Source: an uncultured Clostridia bacterium (GTDB lineage: Bacteria; Bacillota; Clostridia; TANB77; CAG-508). Taken from it: DNA of 36,786 nucleotides. Under the pieces are notes generated by a model. That model ran no database searches. It was not told the DNA's origin and was given only the letters and a program-made list of their open reading frames with translations. The position numbers and the translations under genes are program-made. This document shows, one piece after another, positions 18,020 to 27,582 of the stretch. The stretch is from the NCBI GenBank assembly GCA_944393335.1, contig CALXZV010000001.1, positions 1 through 36,786 of the forward strand, in the 5' to 3' direction. Numbering within the stretch: the first letter of the stretch is position 1; the number at the start of each line of letters is the position of its first letter.

Positions 18020-19339
18020 ATGAAAAAAATAAGTAGTAAACAGAAATTAATATATGGAATATCAATAATTTTAGTTGCAGTTATATTAGCAATAGTCATA
18101 ACTACAAACATAATAAAAAATAACAACCAAGTTGCAAGTGAAGGTTATACAGCCACAACTGCAAATGCAAATTCAAATTTAGTAGCAAGCTACATTAAGT
18201 CTGGAATAACAATAGGAGGAATTACTGGAACTTTAGAAAGCATAAACACATTTGATGCTACAGCCTTACCAGAGGACATATTGTGGGGAGAAACAGCATA
18301 TGTAAAAGGCGAGAAAATCACTGGAACAAAAATAGTAACTGTAGCACATGCAAAAGCTGCTCAAAAAACATTTGAAGAAAATACTGTTTTAATAGATGAC
18401 TATGGAAATAATGTAAAAATACCAGCTGGTTTTAAAATAGCAGAAGATTCAGCAACAGCAGTAACAGGCGGAGTTGTAATAGAGGACGTGTCTGCAGAAG
18501 GAGCAACTGAATATACAAAAGGTAGCCAATTTGTGTGGGTTCCAGTTGGAGATGTATTAACGGATAATGACGGAAATAAAACTACAATAACACTTGGAAG
18601 GTATACATTTGATAATAAAGGGAGCGAAATATTAGTTCAATCAGGAAAAGATTATGCAAGAGAAACTCAATTGATAATATTAGGTATAAATGATGGAGAA
18701 TTTTTAGAATTATTAAATACTACACCTTCTAATAATGCAAAAGCTAAAGATATATCTGAATTTGTAAAGCGAACATTTGAAAGTCAAGGTTATTTTATAG
18801 GACGATATGAGTTAGGAGATGCATTAGCAACAAATGACTCAAGAAGTGGGACAGATGATATATCAAATTCTCAAAATCCGGTAGCTTGTAAATCTGGGAT
18901 ATATCCATATACATATATAAATCAGGCAGATGCTGCTAAGCTATGTAGAAATATGTATAGTAGTAATAATTTTGAAAGTGATTTAATAAATAGTTATGCA
19001 TTAGATACAGCTATTGTTTTTATACAGAAATTCAGTGGAGATACAAACTTTTCGCTACAAGTAGGAAAAAGTACTGTAAATTCAATTCAAAAATGTGGCG
19101 TCGATTTATTAGAAAATGTTAGTAGTGGAGAAAAAAATCAAGATGAAAGATGCAATATATTTGATTTGGCAGGAAATACAGGGGAGTGGAGTACAGAAGA
19201 AATATCGATTAGTAATTGGCCTTGTGTTGCAAGAGGAGGAAGCTATAATTATAGTGACAGTTATGTAAGTAGTCGTAATTTTTATGATATAAATTATACA
19301 AGGAATAACCTTTCTGCTAGACCAATTATATACTTATAG
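18020..19339 (+). CDS. Membrane-anchored protein with C-terminal FGE/SUMF1-like (formylglycine-generating-enzyme family) domain
   Basis: I prefer the start at ATG 18020, which follows an AAGGAGG RBS; the ORF-track start at 17930 would translate the repeat element. An N-terminal TM anchor is present. The C-terminal FDLAGNTGEWSTE...ARGGSYNYS resembles the GNVWEW...RGGSW signature. Confidence 0.65.
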   Translation: MKKISSKQKLIYGISIILVAVILAIVITTNIIKNNNQVASEGYTATTANANSNLVASYIKSGITIGGITGTLESINTFDATALPEDILWGETAYVKGEKITGTKIVTVAHAKAAQKTFEENTVLIDDYGNNVKIPAGFKIAEDSATAVTGGVVIEDVSAEGATEYTKGSQFVWVPVGDVLTDNDGNKTTITLGRYTFDNKGSEILVQSGKDYARETQLIILGINDGEFLELLNTTPSNNAKAKDISEFVKRTFESQGYFIGRYELGDALATNDSRSGTDDISNSQNPVACKSGIYPYTYINQADAAKLCRNMYSSNNFESDLINSYALDTAIVFIQKFSGDTNFSLQVGKSTVNSIQKCGVDLLENVSSGEKNQDERCNIFDLAGNTGEWSTEEISISNWPCVARGGSYNYSDSYVSSRNFYDINYTRNNLSARPIIYL

Positions 19340-19418
19340 TATTGAACGTTGTAAATATGTTAACTCATTTAGTAAGGGTATAAATATAGAAATCAATTAT
19401 GAAAATATAAAAATTCTA

Positions 19419-19448
19419 TTTACAAAAATTACCAAAAAGTGATATAAT
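19419..19448 (+). promoter_or_regulatory. Sigma-A-type promoter placed for a leaderless sortase-like mRNA
   Basis: TTTACA (19419-19424), 18-nt spacer, TGaTATAAT (TATAAT at 19443-19448). The ATG at 19455 lies 7 nt after the -10 and has no RBS. Confidence 0.4.
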
Positions 19449-19454
19449 GTTTCT

Positions 19455-20210
19455 ATGAAAATAAATTATAATAAAAGAAATTTAAACATTATATCATTTT
19501 TTGTATCTTTATTTATTTTTTTAATCATTATATTTTGCCTAAAACAAATGACAAATCTAAAATCAAATCAAGAGTATTCATATGTAATGCCAAGCACAGA
19601 GCAAAGTAATGAAACAAGTGCTGAAAATAGGCTTGCCATAGCTAGTGCAAATATAACTGGTGCAAATATAGCTAATGAAAATATAGTTAGTGCAAATGAA
19701 CTAAATCTTGATCAAACAAATTCTAATGAATTAGCCGATTTACCTTTGGCACAAATAACAAATTGGCAAATTGAAATTGAAAAATTAAACCTTACTGCCA
19801 ATATTGCCGAAGGAACAGGCAAAAATGTAATAGAAAGTAGCGTTGGCCATTATACCAATTCAAATATTTTAAGAGGAATAATTGCTTTAAAGGCATACAA
19901 TGTTGGTACAATTAATAATTACTTTGCTAATTTAAAAGAACTCCAAATTGGTGATGAAATAAATTACACTGTAAATGAAAATCAAAGTACATACAAAGTT
20001 ACTTCAAATAAGATTATTGAGTGTAGTGAAAACTTAAACGAAGCAGATGAATTTACTCAAATATTAAATAATATAAAAGGCAATGATATAGATAATGAAA
20101 ACACTGCAACAGAAAACGACCAAAATAAAAATGATATATTAATTTTAATTACATATGTCAAAGATATGCCTAATAATCTTAGGTGTGTTGTTGCGCAAAA
20201 AAATAATTGA
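19455..20210 (+). CDS. Sortase-family protein with Tyr at the catalytic Cys position
   Basis: 251 aa with an N-terminal TM anchor. The conserved His context is SSVGHYTN. The beta7 motif ILILITY-V replaces (L/I)TL(I/V)TC, and the conserved Arg lies 9 residues later (NNLRCVVA). Confidence 0.7.
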   Translation: MKINYNKRNLNIISFFVSLFIFLIIIFCLKQMTNLKSNQEYSYVMPSTEQSNETSAENRLAIASANITGANIANENIVSANELNLDQTNSNELADLPLAQITNWQIEIEKLNLTANIAEGTGKNVIESSVGHYTNSNILRGIIALKAYNVGTINNYFANLKELQIGDEINYTVNENQSTYKVTSNKIIECSENLNEADEFTQILNNIKGNDIDNENTATENDQNKNDILILITYVKDMPNNLRCVVAQKNN

Positions 20211-20306
20211 CTTATAGCTTTTTAAAATATATAATAATACTATGCAAATGTTAGAAAATATTAATAGTAAATAGTTGCTAATCAATTAGAAAGAGGTTTT
20301 ATTTTT

Positions 20307-22025
20307 ATGAATAAAAAAAATATAATTATTTTTGTTATAATTTTAGTTGTAATAATAGGAGCAATTGTAGGAGTTTCAATTTATTTAAATAATTTAAAAT
20401 ACAAGTATGAACTTTCAACAATTCAAGACAGTGAAATTCAATATTATAAACTAGAACAGGATGGCAAATATGGTGTAATAGATAAAGATGGAAATGTAGT
20501 ATTACAGCCAACATATAGCTCAATCGATATACCTAACCCAACAAAAGCTGTTTTTATTAAGTCAGATGATGGACAAAACTATTCTGCAGTAGACGCAAAT
20601 GGAAGTCCACTATTTACTGACTATGACAGTGTTGAGGCAATTTCTATTAACAGTATAACTAGCAATATTTCTTATGAAAAAACTGTGCTTAAATATAAGC
20701 TAGGTGGTCTTTATGGAATAATGGATTTTGATGGAAATAAAATAACAGAAAACATTTATAACTCAATTACTAATATTGACTATAAAGAAGGAAATCTTAG
20801 AGTAGAGCAAAATGGGAGCTATGGAGTTATAAATATTAAAGGTACAACAATTTTAGAGCCTGAATATGATGCCATAATGGCAGATGGTTATTATGATGAA
20901 GAAACAAAATACGAAAATGCAGGCTTTGTGCTAAGAATTGTAACAGATGATGGATACAGATTTGGATATGCAGATAGAACAGGCAAAATAATATTAGATA
21001 CAATGTATAATGAAATAAGTCGTCTAACAGAAATTGAAGGTGATGATGTATATTTGGTAACTTCATCAAATGGTAGATATGGCTTGTATAAAAACAATAA
21101 AGAAATTTTAGCAAATGAGTATACATCAATAAACTATGATTCTAATAATAATTTGCTAATAGTACAAAAAGACCAAGCTCAGGGAGTTCTTGACTTAGAA
21201 GGAAACAACATAGTACCACTAGACTATGACAGCATCATAATAGGTGGAAAATATATTGATGCTCAAAAAGGCGAAGAGATTGTTGTGTTTGATGCACAGG
21301 GTAATAACTTAAATACTGACATTATAAGTTATAATCAAGTAAGTGATTTAGCAATAGTAATAGATAAAAATAACAATTACAATATAGTCGATTCATCAGG
21401 AAACAAAAAATTACGTGAAAACTATACTTATATAGAATATTTTAACAATAATTATTTTATTGTAACAAAAGATAGCAAAACTGGTGTAATAGATGGAAAC
21501 GGCAATGTAATAATAGGCTTAGAATATGATGCAATTCAAGACATAGATGGAACCAATGCACTTCAAGCTATAAAAATAGATGAAAATACAACATATATTA
21601 TTGATAGTAATATGAAAGTTCATGATGGTATAGCAAATGCAAATGTTCTAAAAAAGGACAATTATATAAAAGTATTTTCTGAAACAGAAATGAAGTATTA
21701 TGATTTTTCTGGAAATGAAATAACTTATAAATCATTATTCCCAAATAATACTGTATATGCTAGCCAAAGCAATGGTAAATGGGGATTAGTTGATAATAGC
21801 GGAAGAGTAGTAGTACCATATGAATATGATATGGTAACAGAGCAAAATGGCAATGTAGCAGGTGTTAAAAAGGATGGAGTATGGCAAGTTGTAGATATAA
21901 ATGGACAACTTGTAAGTGATAAACAATATACTTTGTCTTGGCTAGATGTAACATTTTTAGGAGAATACTACAAAGTAAATAATTCTACAAATGGAACTGT
22001 TTATAGCGGTACAGTGCAAGATTAA
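20307..22025 (+). CDS. WG-repeat (KWG-type) containing membrane-anchored protein
   Basis: 572 aa with an N-terminal TM anchor. The unit G(K/L/S)YG(V/I)(I/M)D..G..(I/V)(L/I)....Y(D/S).I recurs many times. Confidence 0.85.
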   Translation: MNKKNIIIFVIILVVIIGAIVGVSIYLNNLKYKYELSTIQDSEIQYYKLEQDGKYGVIDKDGNVVLQPTYSSIDIPNPTKAVFIKSDDGQNYSAVDANGSPLFTDYDSVEAISINSITSNISYEKTVLKYKLGGLYGIMDFDGNKITENIYNSITNIDYKEGNLRVEQNGSYGVINIKGTTILEPEYDAIMADGYYDEETKYENAGFVLRIVTDDGYRFGYADRTGKIILDTMYNEISRLTEIEGDDVYLVTSSNGRYGLYKNNKEILANEYTSINYDSNNNLLIVQKDQAQGVLDLEGNNIVPLDYDSIIIGGKYIDAQKGEEIVVFDAQGNNLNTDIISYNQVSDLAIVIDKNNNYNIVDSSGNKKLRENYTYIEYFNNNYFIVTKDSKTGVIDGNGNVIIGLEYDAIQDIDGTNALQAIKIDENTTYIIDSNMKVHDGIANANVLKKDNYIKVFSETEMKYYDFSGNEITYKSLFPNNTVYASQSNGKWGLVDNSGRVVVPYEYDMVTEQNGNVAGVKKDGVWQVVDINGQLVSDKQYTLSWLDVTFLGEYYKVNNSTNGTVYSGTVQD

Positions 22026-22048
22026 AATAGAAATAAAAGAGGTAAATT

Positions 22049-23293
22049 ATGTACAAAGAATATGGAATTAGTGAAGAAACATTTAATTTAGTAAATAAAT
22101 GTGAAAATGAAGTAAAAGAAGAATTTGCCAAAATAAATGAAATTTGCGAGTACAATTCATTAAAGGTTTTAAAAGCATTTCATGACAACAACCTATCTGA
22201 GGTTCATTTTAATGAAACAACTGGATATGGATATGATGATATTGGAAGAGAAACTATTGAAAACATATATAGCCAAATATTTGGAGTAGAAGACAGCTTA
22301 GTTAGAGGCCAATTTATATCTGCTTCACACGCTTTAAATGTAACACTATTTGGACTTTTAAGACCAGGGGACACTATGCTTAGCATATGTGGCAAGCCTT
22401 ATGATACACTTGATGAAGTAATAGGAATTAGAGAAAATGCAAGTTCACTTAAATCATTTGGCGTAAAATATGAACAAATAGATTTAATAAATAATGATTT
22501 TGATTATGAACAAATAAAAACTAGACTAAGTCAAAAAAACGTTAAATTAGTAGAAATTCAACGTTCAAGAGGTTATGCCCTAAGAAATAGCATAACTTTA
22601 GACAAAATACAAAAAGTAATAAAGTTAATAAAAGAAGTAGACTCAAATGTTATTATAATGGTGGACAATTGCTATGGAGAATTTACTAATAAAGAAGAGC
22701 CATCAAACTTTGGCGCAGATGTATGTGTAGGTTCATTAATAAAAAACCTAGGTGGAGGAATAGCTCCTAATGGTGCATATGTTGTTGGAAGAAAAGATTT
22801 GATACATTTAGTTGGTGAAAGACTAACTCTTCCGGGAGAAGGCAAAGATGTTGGACCAACACTAGGAATGAATAAAAAGATTTTACAAGGTTTGTTCTTT
22901 GCACCAAGCGTAGTAGCAAGTAGCTTAAAAACAGCAGTCCTTACAAGTAAAGTAATGGAAAGCTTAGGCTACAAAGTACAACCAAGATTTAATGAACCTA
23001 GAACAGACATAGTTCAAACTATAGAATTTAATGATAGAGAAAAATTAATAAAATATTGTCAAGGAATACAAATGGGGTCTCCAGTAGACTCAAACTCAAT
23101 TCCAGTACCAGGGGATATGCCTGGATATGAGGACCAAGTCATAATGGCAGCAGGAGCATTTACACAAGGTTCATCAATAGAACTAAGCTGTGATGCACCT
23201 TTAAGACCACCATATTTAGCATTTCAGCAAGGTGGCTTAACCTACGAATATGGCAAGCTTGGTTTAATGAAAGCAGTTGAAAATATTAAATAG
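22049..23293 (+). CDS. YnbB/aluminium-resistance family PLP-dependent enzyme (methionine gamma-lyase-like)
   Basis: 414 aa. Family-typical segments include HFNETTGYGYDDIGRE, VEIQRSRGY and SLIKNLGGGIAP. Confidence 0.8.
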   Translation: MYKEYGISEETFNLVNKCENEVKEEFAKINEICEYNSLKVLKAFHDNNLSEVHFNETTGYGYDDIGRETIENIYSQIFGVEDSLVRGQFISASHALNVTLFGLLRPGDTMLSICGKPYDTLDEVIGIRENASSLKSFGVKYEQIDLINNDFDYEQIKTRLSQKNVKLVEIQRSRGYALRNSITLDKIQKVIKLIKEVDSNVIIMVDNCYGEFTNKEEPSNFGADVCVGSLIKNLGGGIAPNGAYVVGRKDLIHLVGERLTLPGEGKDVGPTLGMNKKILQGLFFAPSVVASSLKTAVLTSKVMESLGYKVQPRFNEPRTDIVQTIEFNDREKLIKYCQGIQMGSPVDSNSIPVPGDMPGYEDQVIMAAGAFTQGSSIELSCDAPLRPPYLAFQQGGLTYEYGKLGLMKAVENIK

Positions 23294-23304
23294 AAAGGAT
23301 TTTT

Positions 23305-24693
23305 ATGGATGTAATTGTAATAGGTGGTGGACCAGCTGGAATGCTTGCGGCTATTAGTGCAAGCTTGCAAGGCGACAACGTTACCATTCTTGAAAAAATG
23401 AATCAATTAGGCAAAAAGCTTTGCATAACAGGAAAAGGTAGATGCAATATAACAAGTAGTTTGCCTATGGATGACTTTATAAAAAATATACCAGGCAACG
23501 GCAAATTTTTATATAGTGCTTTTCAAAATTTTACAAATCAAGATATTATAAATCTTTTAGAAAAAGAAGGATTAAAAACAAAAGTTGAAAGAGGAAATAG
23601 AGTGTTTCCAGTAACAGATAGAGCATCTGATGTACGAGATGCTCTAATTCGAGTTTTAAAAAAGCAAAATGTAAAAATAATTACCAATGCGAAAGTTGAA
23701 GATATAGTAACTCTTGATGGTAAAGTAACTGGCGTTAGATACACATTAAATAATGAAAAAAATTTATTACAAGCAGATAAAGTAATTTTAGCAACTGGAG
23801 GGAAAAGTTATCCACTTACAGGTTCAACAGGTGATAGTTATGAAATGGCTAAAAAACTTGGTCACACTATTGCCGAAATAATGCCATCATTGGTTGCGTT
23901 AAAAGCAAAACAGATGGATGAATATAAAAATTCTAAAGAAGCAACAATTGATTCTCAAGAATATAAAACACAGAGTCAAAATACTTATTTATTAGGACTT
24001 GAAACTTGTCAAAAGTTACAAGGCTTGAGCTTAAAAAATGTAGGCCTAAAAATATATAGAGATAATAAAATAATATATGAAGATTTTGGAGAGATGTTAT
24101 TTACACATTTTGGAGTATCTGGACCTATCATTTTAAGTGGGTCAGCGCATTTAGTAAGAGGCAGTATGAATAATGTGTACATAAGCATAGACTTAAAGCC
24201 AGCACTAGATGAAGCAAAATTAGATGATAGAATAATAAGAGATTTTTCTGAAGAAAAAAATAAAGAATTTAAAAATAGTTTGAATAAATTATTACCACAA
24301 AAGCTAATACCAGTGGTTGTAAATGTAATGGATAATATAATTTGCAAAAAAGCTAGTGCAGTTTTTAATAATGTGAAAATAGATGAAAACAATTTAAAAA
24401 CAAATAAATTTTCAAACAAAAAAGTAAACTCCATAACAAAAGATGAAAGGCATGAGCTTGTTAAATTATTAAAAAACTTTAACATAGCTATAGAAGGCTT
24501 TAGACCAGTAGAAGAAGCCATTGTTACTGCTGGTGGAGTAAATATAAAGGAAATAAATCCAAAAACTATGGAGTCGAAATTAGTAAAAGGCTTGTATTTT
24601 GCAGGAGAAATAATTGATGTAGATGCATACACGGGAGGTTTTAATTTACAAATTGCTTATTCTACTGGATACACGGCAGGGCTAAATCAATAA
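23305..24693 (+). CDS. NAD(P)/FAD-dependent oxidoreductase, HI0933/YhiN (BaiN-like) family
   Basis: 462 aa. Motifs are VIVIGGGPAGMLAA, GKGRCNIT and a C-terminal GGVN..E...ME.K...GLYFAGE..DVDA.TGG(F/Y)NLQ. Confidence 0.85.
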   Translation: MDVIVIGGGPAGMLAAISASLQGDNVTILEKMNQLGKKLCITGKGRCNITSSLPMDDFIKNIPGNGKFLYSAFQNFTNQDIINLLEKEGLKTKVERGNRVFPVTDRASDVRDALIRVLKKQNVKIITNAKVEDIVTLDGKVTGVRYTLNNEKNLLQADKVILATGGKSYPLTGSTGDSYEMAKKLGHTIAEIMPSLVALKAKQMDEYKNSKEATIDSQEYKTQSQNTYLLGLETCQKLQGLSLKNVGLKIYRDNKIIYEDFGEMLFTHFGVSGPIILSGSAHLVRGSMNNVYISIDLKPALDEAKLDDRIIRDFSEEKNKEFKNSLNKLLPQKLIPVVVNVMDNIICKKASAVFNNVKIDENNLKTNKFSNKKVNSITKDERHELVKLLKNFNIAIEGFRPVEEAIVTAGGVNIKEINPKTMESKLVKGLYFAGEIIDVDAYTGGFNLQIAYSTGYTAGLNQ

Positions 24694-24810
24694 CAATAAT
24701 AAAATTCAAGTTAAAATCACAGGTTCTTTTTATTAGGAAAAGCAGATTTTTTTATTTAACAAAATTATATTTTGAAACTTTGAACCTGTATTAGAAAGAA
24801 TAGAGGAAAA

Positions 24811-25410
24811 ATGTTTAAATCAATAAATAGTGAATCGGTAGCAGAAATTATGGAAAAAAAGTCTAAATTTATTGCTACTTTATGTGAAGCAAATAGCAAA
24901 GATGAAGCGGAAAAAATTTTGCAAGAAACAAGAAAAAAGTATCATGATGCCAAACACAATTGTTATGCATATATTGTTCAAAAAATTGAAAAATGCAGTG
25001 ATGATGGAGAGCCATCAGGCACTGCAGGAGCGCCTATGCTTGCACTCTTAAAATCGGCAAACCTTACAAATGTAATAATAATAGTAACTAGATATTTTGG
25101 AGGAATATTGCTAGGTACAGGAGGTTTAGTTAGAGCTTATACAGAATCTGCACAAAAAGCAATTGAAAATGCACAAATAGTCCAAAAAGATTATGGAATA
25201 AGATATGAGGTTGAAATTGCATACAGTGATTTAAAAAACATTCAATTTATATGCAAAAATTTAAAAATAAATATTGTAAAAATGGAATATAAAGAAAATA
25301 TAAAGCTGATTTTAGAATCTACGCTAGATGCCAAAAAAGAGTTAGAAAGAGCCAATATTAGCCTAATTAGCATAAACGAAATTTGTCATAAAATAATAAC
25401 GCAAAATTAG
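24811..25410 (+). CDS. YigZ/IMPACT-family protein (UPF0029)
   Basis: 199 aa. Motifs are KSKFIA, HNCYAY, DDGEPSGTAGAPML and VTRYFGGILLGTGGLVRAY. Confidence 0.85.
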   Translation: MFKSINSESVAEIMEKKSKFIATLCEANSKDEAEKILQETRKKYHDAKHNCYAYIVQKIEKCSDDGEPSGTAGAPMLALLKSANLTNVIIIVTRYFGGILLGTGGLVRAYTESAQKAIENAQIVQKDYGIRYEVEIAYSDLKNIQFICKNLKINIVKMEYKENIKLILESTLDAKKELERANISLISINEICHKIITQN

Positions 25411-25441
25411 ATAAAAAATTCAAAAAATTGGTAAAAAACTA

Positions 25442-25470
25442 TTGCACTTTTTTGTTAAATCATATATAAT
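25442..25470 (+). promoter_or_regulatory. Sigma-A-type promoter upstream of spo0A
   Basis: TTGCAC (25442-25447), 17-nt spacer, TATAAT (25465-25470). Confidence 0.55.
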
Positions 25471-25516
25471 GAGGTGGTAAAATTTTACAAAAGAATGAAT
25501 TAGGAGGTAAAAGGTA

Positions 25517-26335
25517 GTGAGTGACAAAATTAAGGTGCTAATAGCAGATGATAACTACGACTTTGGAATGACACTTAAAAATTACTTAGTAAATGATAAT
25601 GAAATGGAAATTGTGGGAATAGCCAGGGATGGAGAAGAGGCTTATTCCAGCGTACTCAGGCTAAAACCTGACGTACTACTACTTGATGTAATAATGCCAC
25701 ATTTAGATGGTATAGGAGTGCTAGAAAAACTTAACAAAACAAAAATTGAAAAGAATCCAATAAAAATAATGGTTTCGGCAGTTGGTCAAGACAAAATAAC
25801 TCAAAAAGCAATAGCATTAGGTGCAGATTACTACATAGTTAAACCTTTTGATATTGAGCTACTTACCCAAAGAATAAAAGAAATCAAAAATGATGATCCG
25901 GAAAGTTTAAAGGATGTTATAATCAATCACGAAATTAAATCACCATATATTACAATCAAAAAATATGAAGAAAACAATAAGAACGACTTAGAAGCAGCAG
26001 TTACAAATATTATTCATGAAGTTGGAGTCCCTGCGCACATTAAAGGGTACCAATTTTTACGAGAAGCTATAATTATGTCTGTTAAAAATGTAGAAATGAT
26101 AAATCAAGTTACCAAATTACTTTATCCAGATATTGCAAATAAATATGGTACAACACCTTCAAGAGTTGAAAGGGCTATTCGTCATGCCATTGAAGTAGCT
26201 TGGGGAAGAGGCGACCCCAAAGTTACAGAGAGCATATTTGGCTACACAGTTTCAGCTGACAAAGGTAAGCCTACAAATAGCGAATTTATAGCAATGATTG
26301 CAGATAAGCTACGCCTTGAACTTAAGTCAGCTTAA
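25517..26335 (+). CDS. spo0A: Sporulation master regulator Spo0A
   Basis: 272 aa with a GTG start after an AGGAGG RBS. A receiver domain is followed by the Spo0A-specific C-terminal domain ([16 protein letters not shown]...[20 protein letters not shown]). Confidence 0.95.
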   Translation: MSDKIKVLIADDNYDFGMTLKNYLVNDNEMEIVGIARDGEEAYSSVLRLKPDVLLLDVIMPHLDGIGVLEKLNKTKIEKNPIKIMVSAVGQDKITQKAIALGADYYIVKPFDIELLTQRIKEIKNDDPESLKDVIINHEIKSPYITIKKYEENNKNDLEAAVTNIIHEVGVPAHIKGYQFLREAIIMSVKNVEMINQVTKLLYPDIANKYGTTPSRVERAIRHAIEVAWGRGDPKVTESIFGYTVSADKGKPTNSEFIAMIADKLRLELKSA

Positions 26336-26356
26336 ATAAGCGAAAAAAATAGAGCG

Positions 26357-26428
26357 TTGTCAAATGGGACGGTTCTAAATGACAATCACACTGATGTGAT
26401 TGTCATTTAGAACCGTCCCATTTGACAC
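26357..26428. repeat. Type-1 repeat doublet forming a near-perfect 34-bp-arm palindrome between spo0A and ftsZ
   Basis: ttgtcaaatgggacggttctaaatgacaatcaca (26357-26390), loop ctga, inverted copy (26395-28) with 33 of 34 positions complementary, followed by aaaaattttttt. Confidence 0.9.
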
Positions 26429-26454
26429 AAAAATTTTTTTATCACTATTAGCAC

Positions 26455-26482
26455 TTGAAAAATGGCAGAAATATAGTATAAT
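26455..26482 (+). promoter_or_regulatory. Sigma-A-type promoter upstream of ftsZ
   Basis: TTGAAA (26455-26460), 16-nt spacer, TATAAT (26477-26482). An 11-bp hairpin (26496-26529) lies in the leader. Confidence 0.5.
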
Positions 26483-26573
26483 ATAGGTACATTTTTTATT
26501 GAATAGAAGAAAGATTTTCTATTCAATAAAACAATTAAATGCAAATTACCAATAGTGCAAGGAGGAATTAATA

Positions 26574-27551
26574 GTGATAGACCACGAACCAGTAAAGAGA
26601 ACAAAGGACTTAATAAAAATAAAAGTAATAGGTGTTGGTGGAGGCGGAAACAACGCTGTAAACCAAATGATAGTATCGGATGTAGATGGAGTAGAATATA
26701 TATTAGTAAATACAGAAAAGGGCATACTTGAAAGAGCAAATACAAATGGATGCAAAACATTACAAATAGGAAAAGAAATTGCTCAAGGTTTAGGTGCAGG
26801 AGCTAATCCAGATGTTGGAGAAAAAGCAGCTAAAGAGAGCATTGATGATATAGATAAAATTCTTGATGGAACAGATTTGCTATTTGTTACAGCAGGAATG
26901 GGTGGAGGTACTGGAACAGGTGCTATACCAGTAATTGCTGAAGAAGCTAAAAAGAGAGGTATTTTAACAATAGGAATAGTAACAAAGCCATTTTCTTTTG
27001 AAGGAAAATTAAGAAGTGTTAGAGCAAACATTGGTATAGACAAGCTTAAACCTAATGTAAATGCACTTATAGTAATATCAAACGATAAGCTATTACAAAA
27101 TACAGCAAATAATATATCTATATTAAATGCATTTAAAATGACAGATGATATATTAAAACAAGGTATTCAATCAATAACAGATATTATAAATTCTGTAGGT
27201 ACAATAAATGTAGACTTTGCAGATGTTCAAACTATACTTGGATATCAAGGCTTTTCATATATGGGTATAGGTGAGTCAAGTGGAGATAATAAAATAGTTG
27301 AAGCTACAATGAACGCTTTAAATAACCCACTTACAGAAACAGGAATAGATGGTGCAAAAGGTGTTATATTTAATATTAAAGGTGGCGAAGATATTAGCCT
27401 AGAGGATATTAACAAAAGTGCAAGTTTAATTGGTGAAAAGGTAAGTCCGGATGCAAATGTTATTTTTGGAACAGTTATAGATGAAGACCTTGGTGACAAT
27501 GTAGTTGTAACAGTTGTAGCTACAGGTGTTGAAGAAAAAGTTGAAAAATAA
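26574..27551 (+). CDS. ftsZ: Cell-division GTPase FtsZ, core domains only (no C-terminal linker or tail)
   Basis: 325 aa with a GTG start. Motifs are GVGGGGNNAVN and the tubulin signature GMGGGTGTGAIPV, plus TKPFSFEG. The protein ends at VVATGVEEKVEK, right after the globular core. Confidence 0.9.
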   Translation: MIDHEPVKRTKDLIKIKVIGVGGGGNNAVNQMIVSDVDGVEYILVNTEKGILERANTNGCKTLQIGKEIAQGLGAGANPDVGEKAAKESIDDIDKILDGTDLLFVTAGMGGGTGTGAIPVIAEEAKKRGILTIGIVTKPFSFEGKLRSVRANIGIDKLKPNVNALIVISNDKLLQNTANNISILNAFKMTDDILKQGIQSITDIINSVGTINVDFADVQTILGYQGFSYMGIGESSGDNKIVEATMNALNNPLTETGIDGAKGVIFNIKGGEDISLEDINKSASLIGEKVSPDANVIFGTVIDEDLGDNVVVTVVATGVEEKVEK

Positions 27552-27582
27552 TTGTGCTTTTGGCTAGAAAGGAATAATAAGC

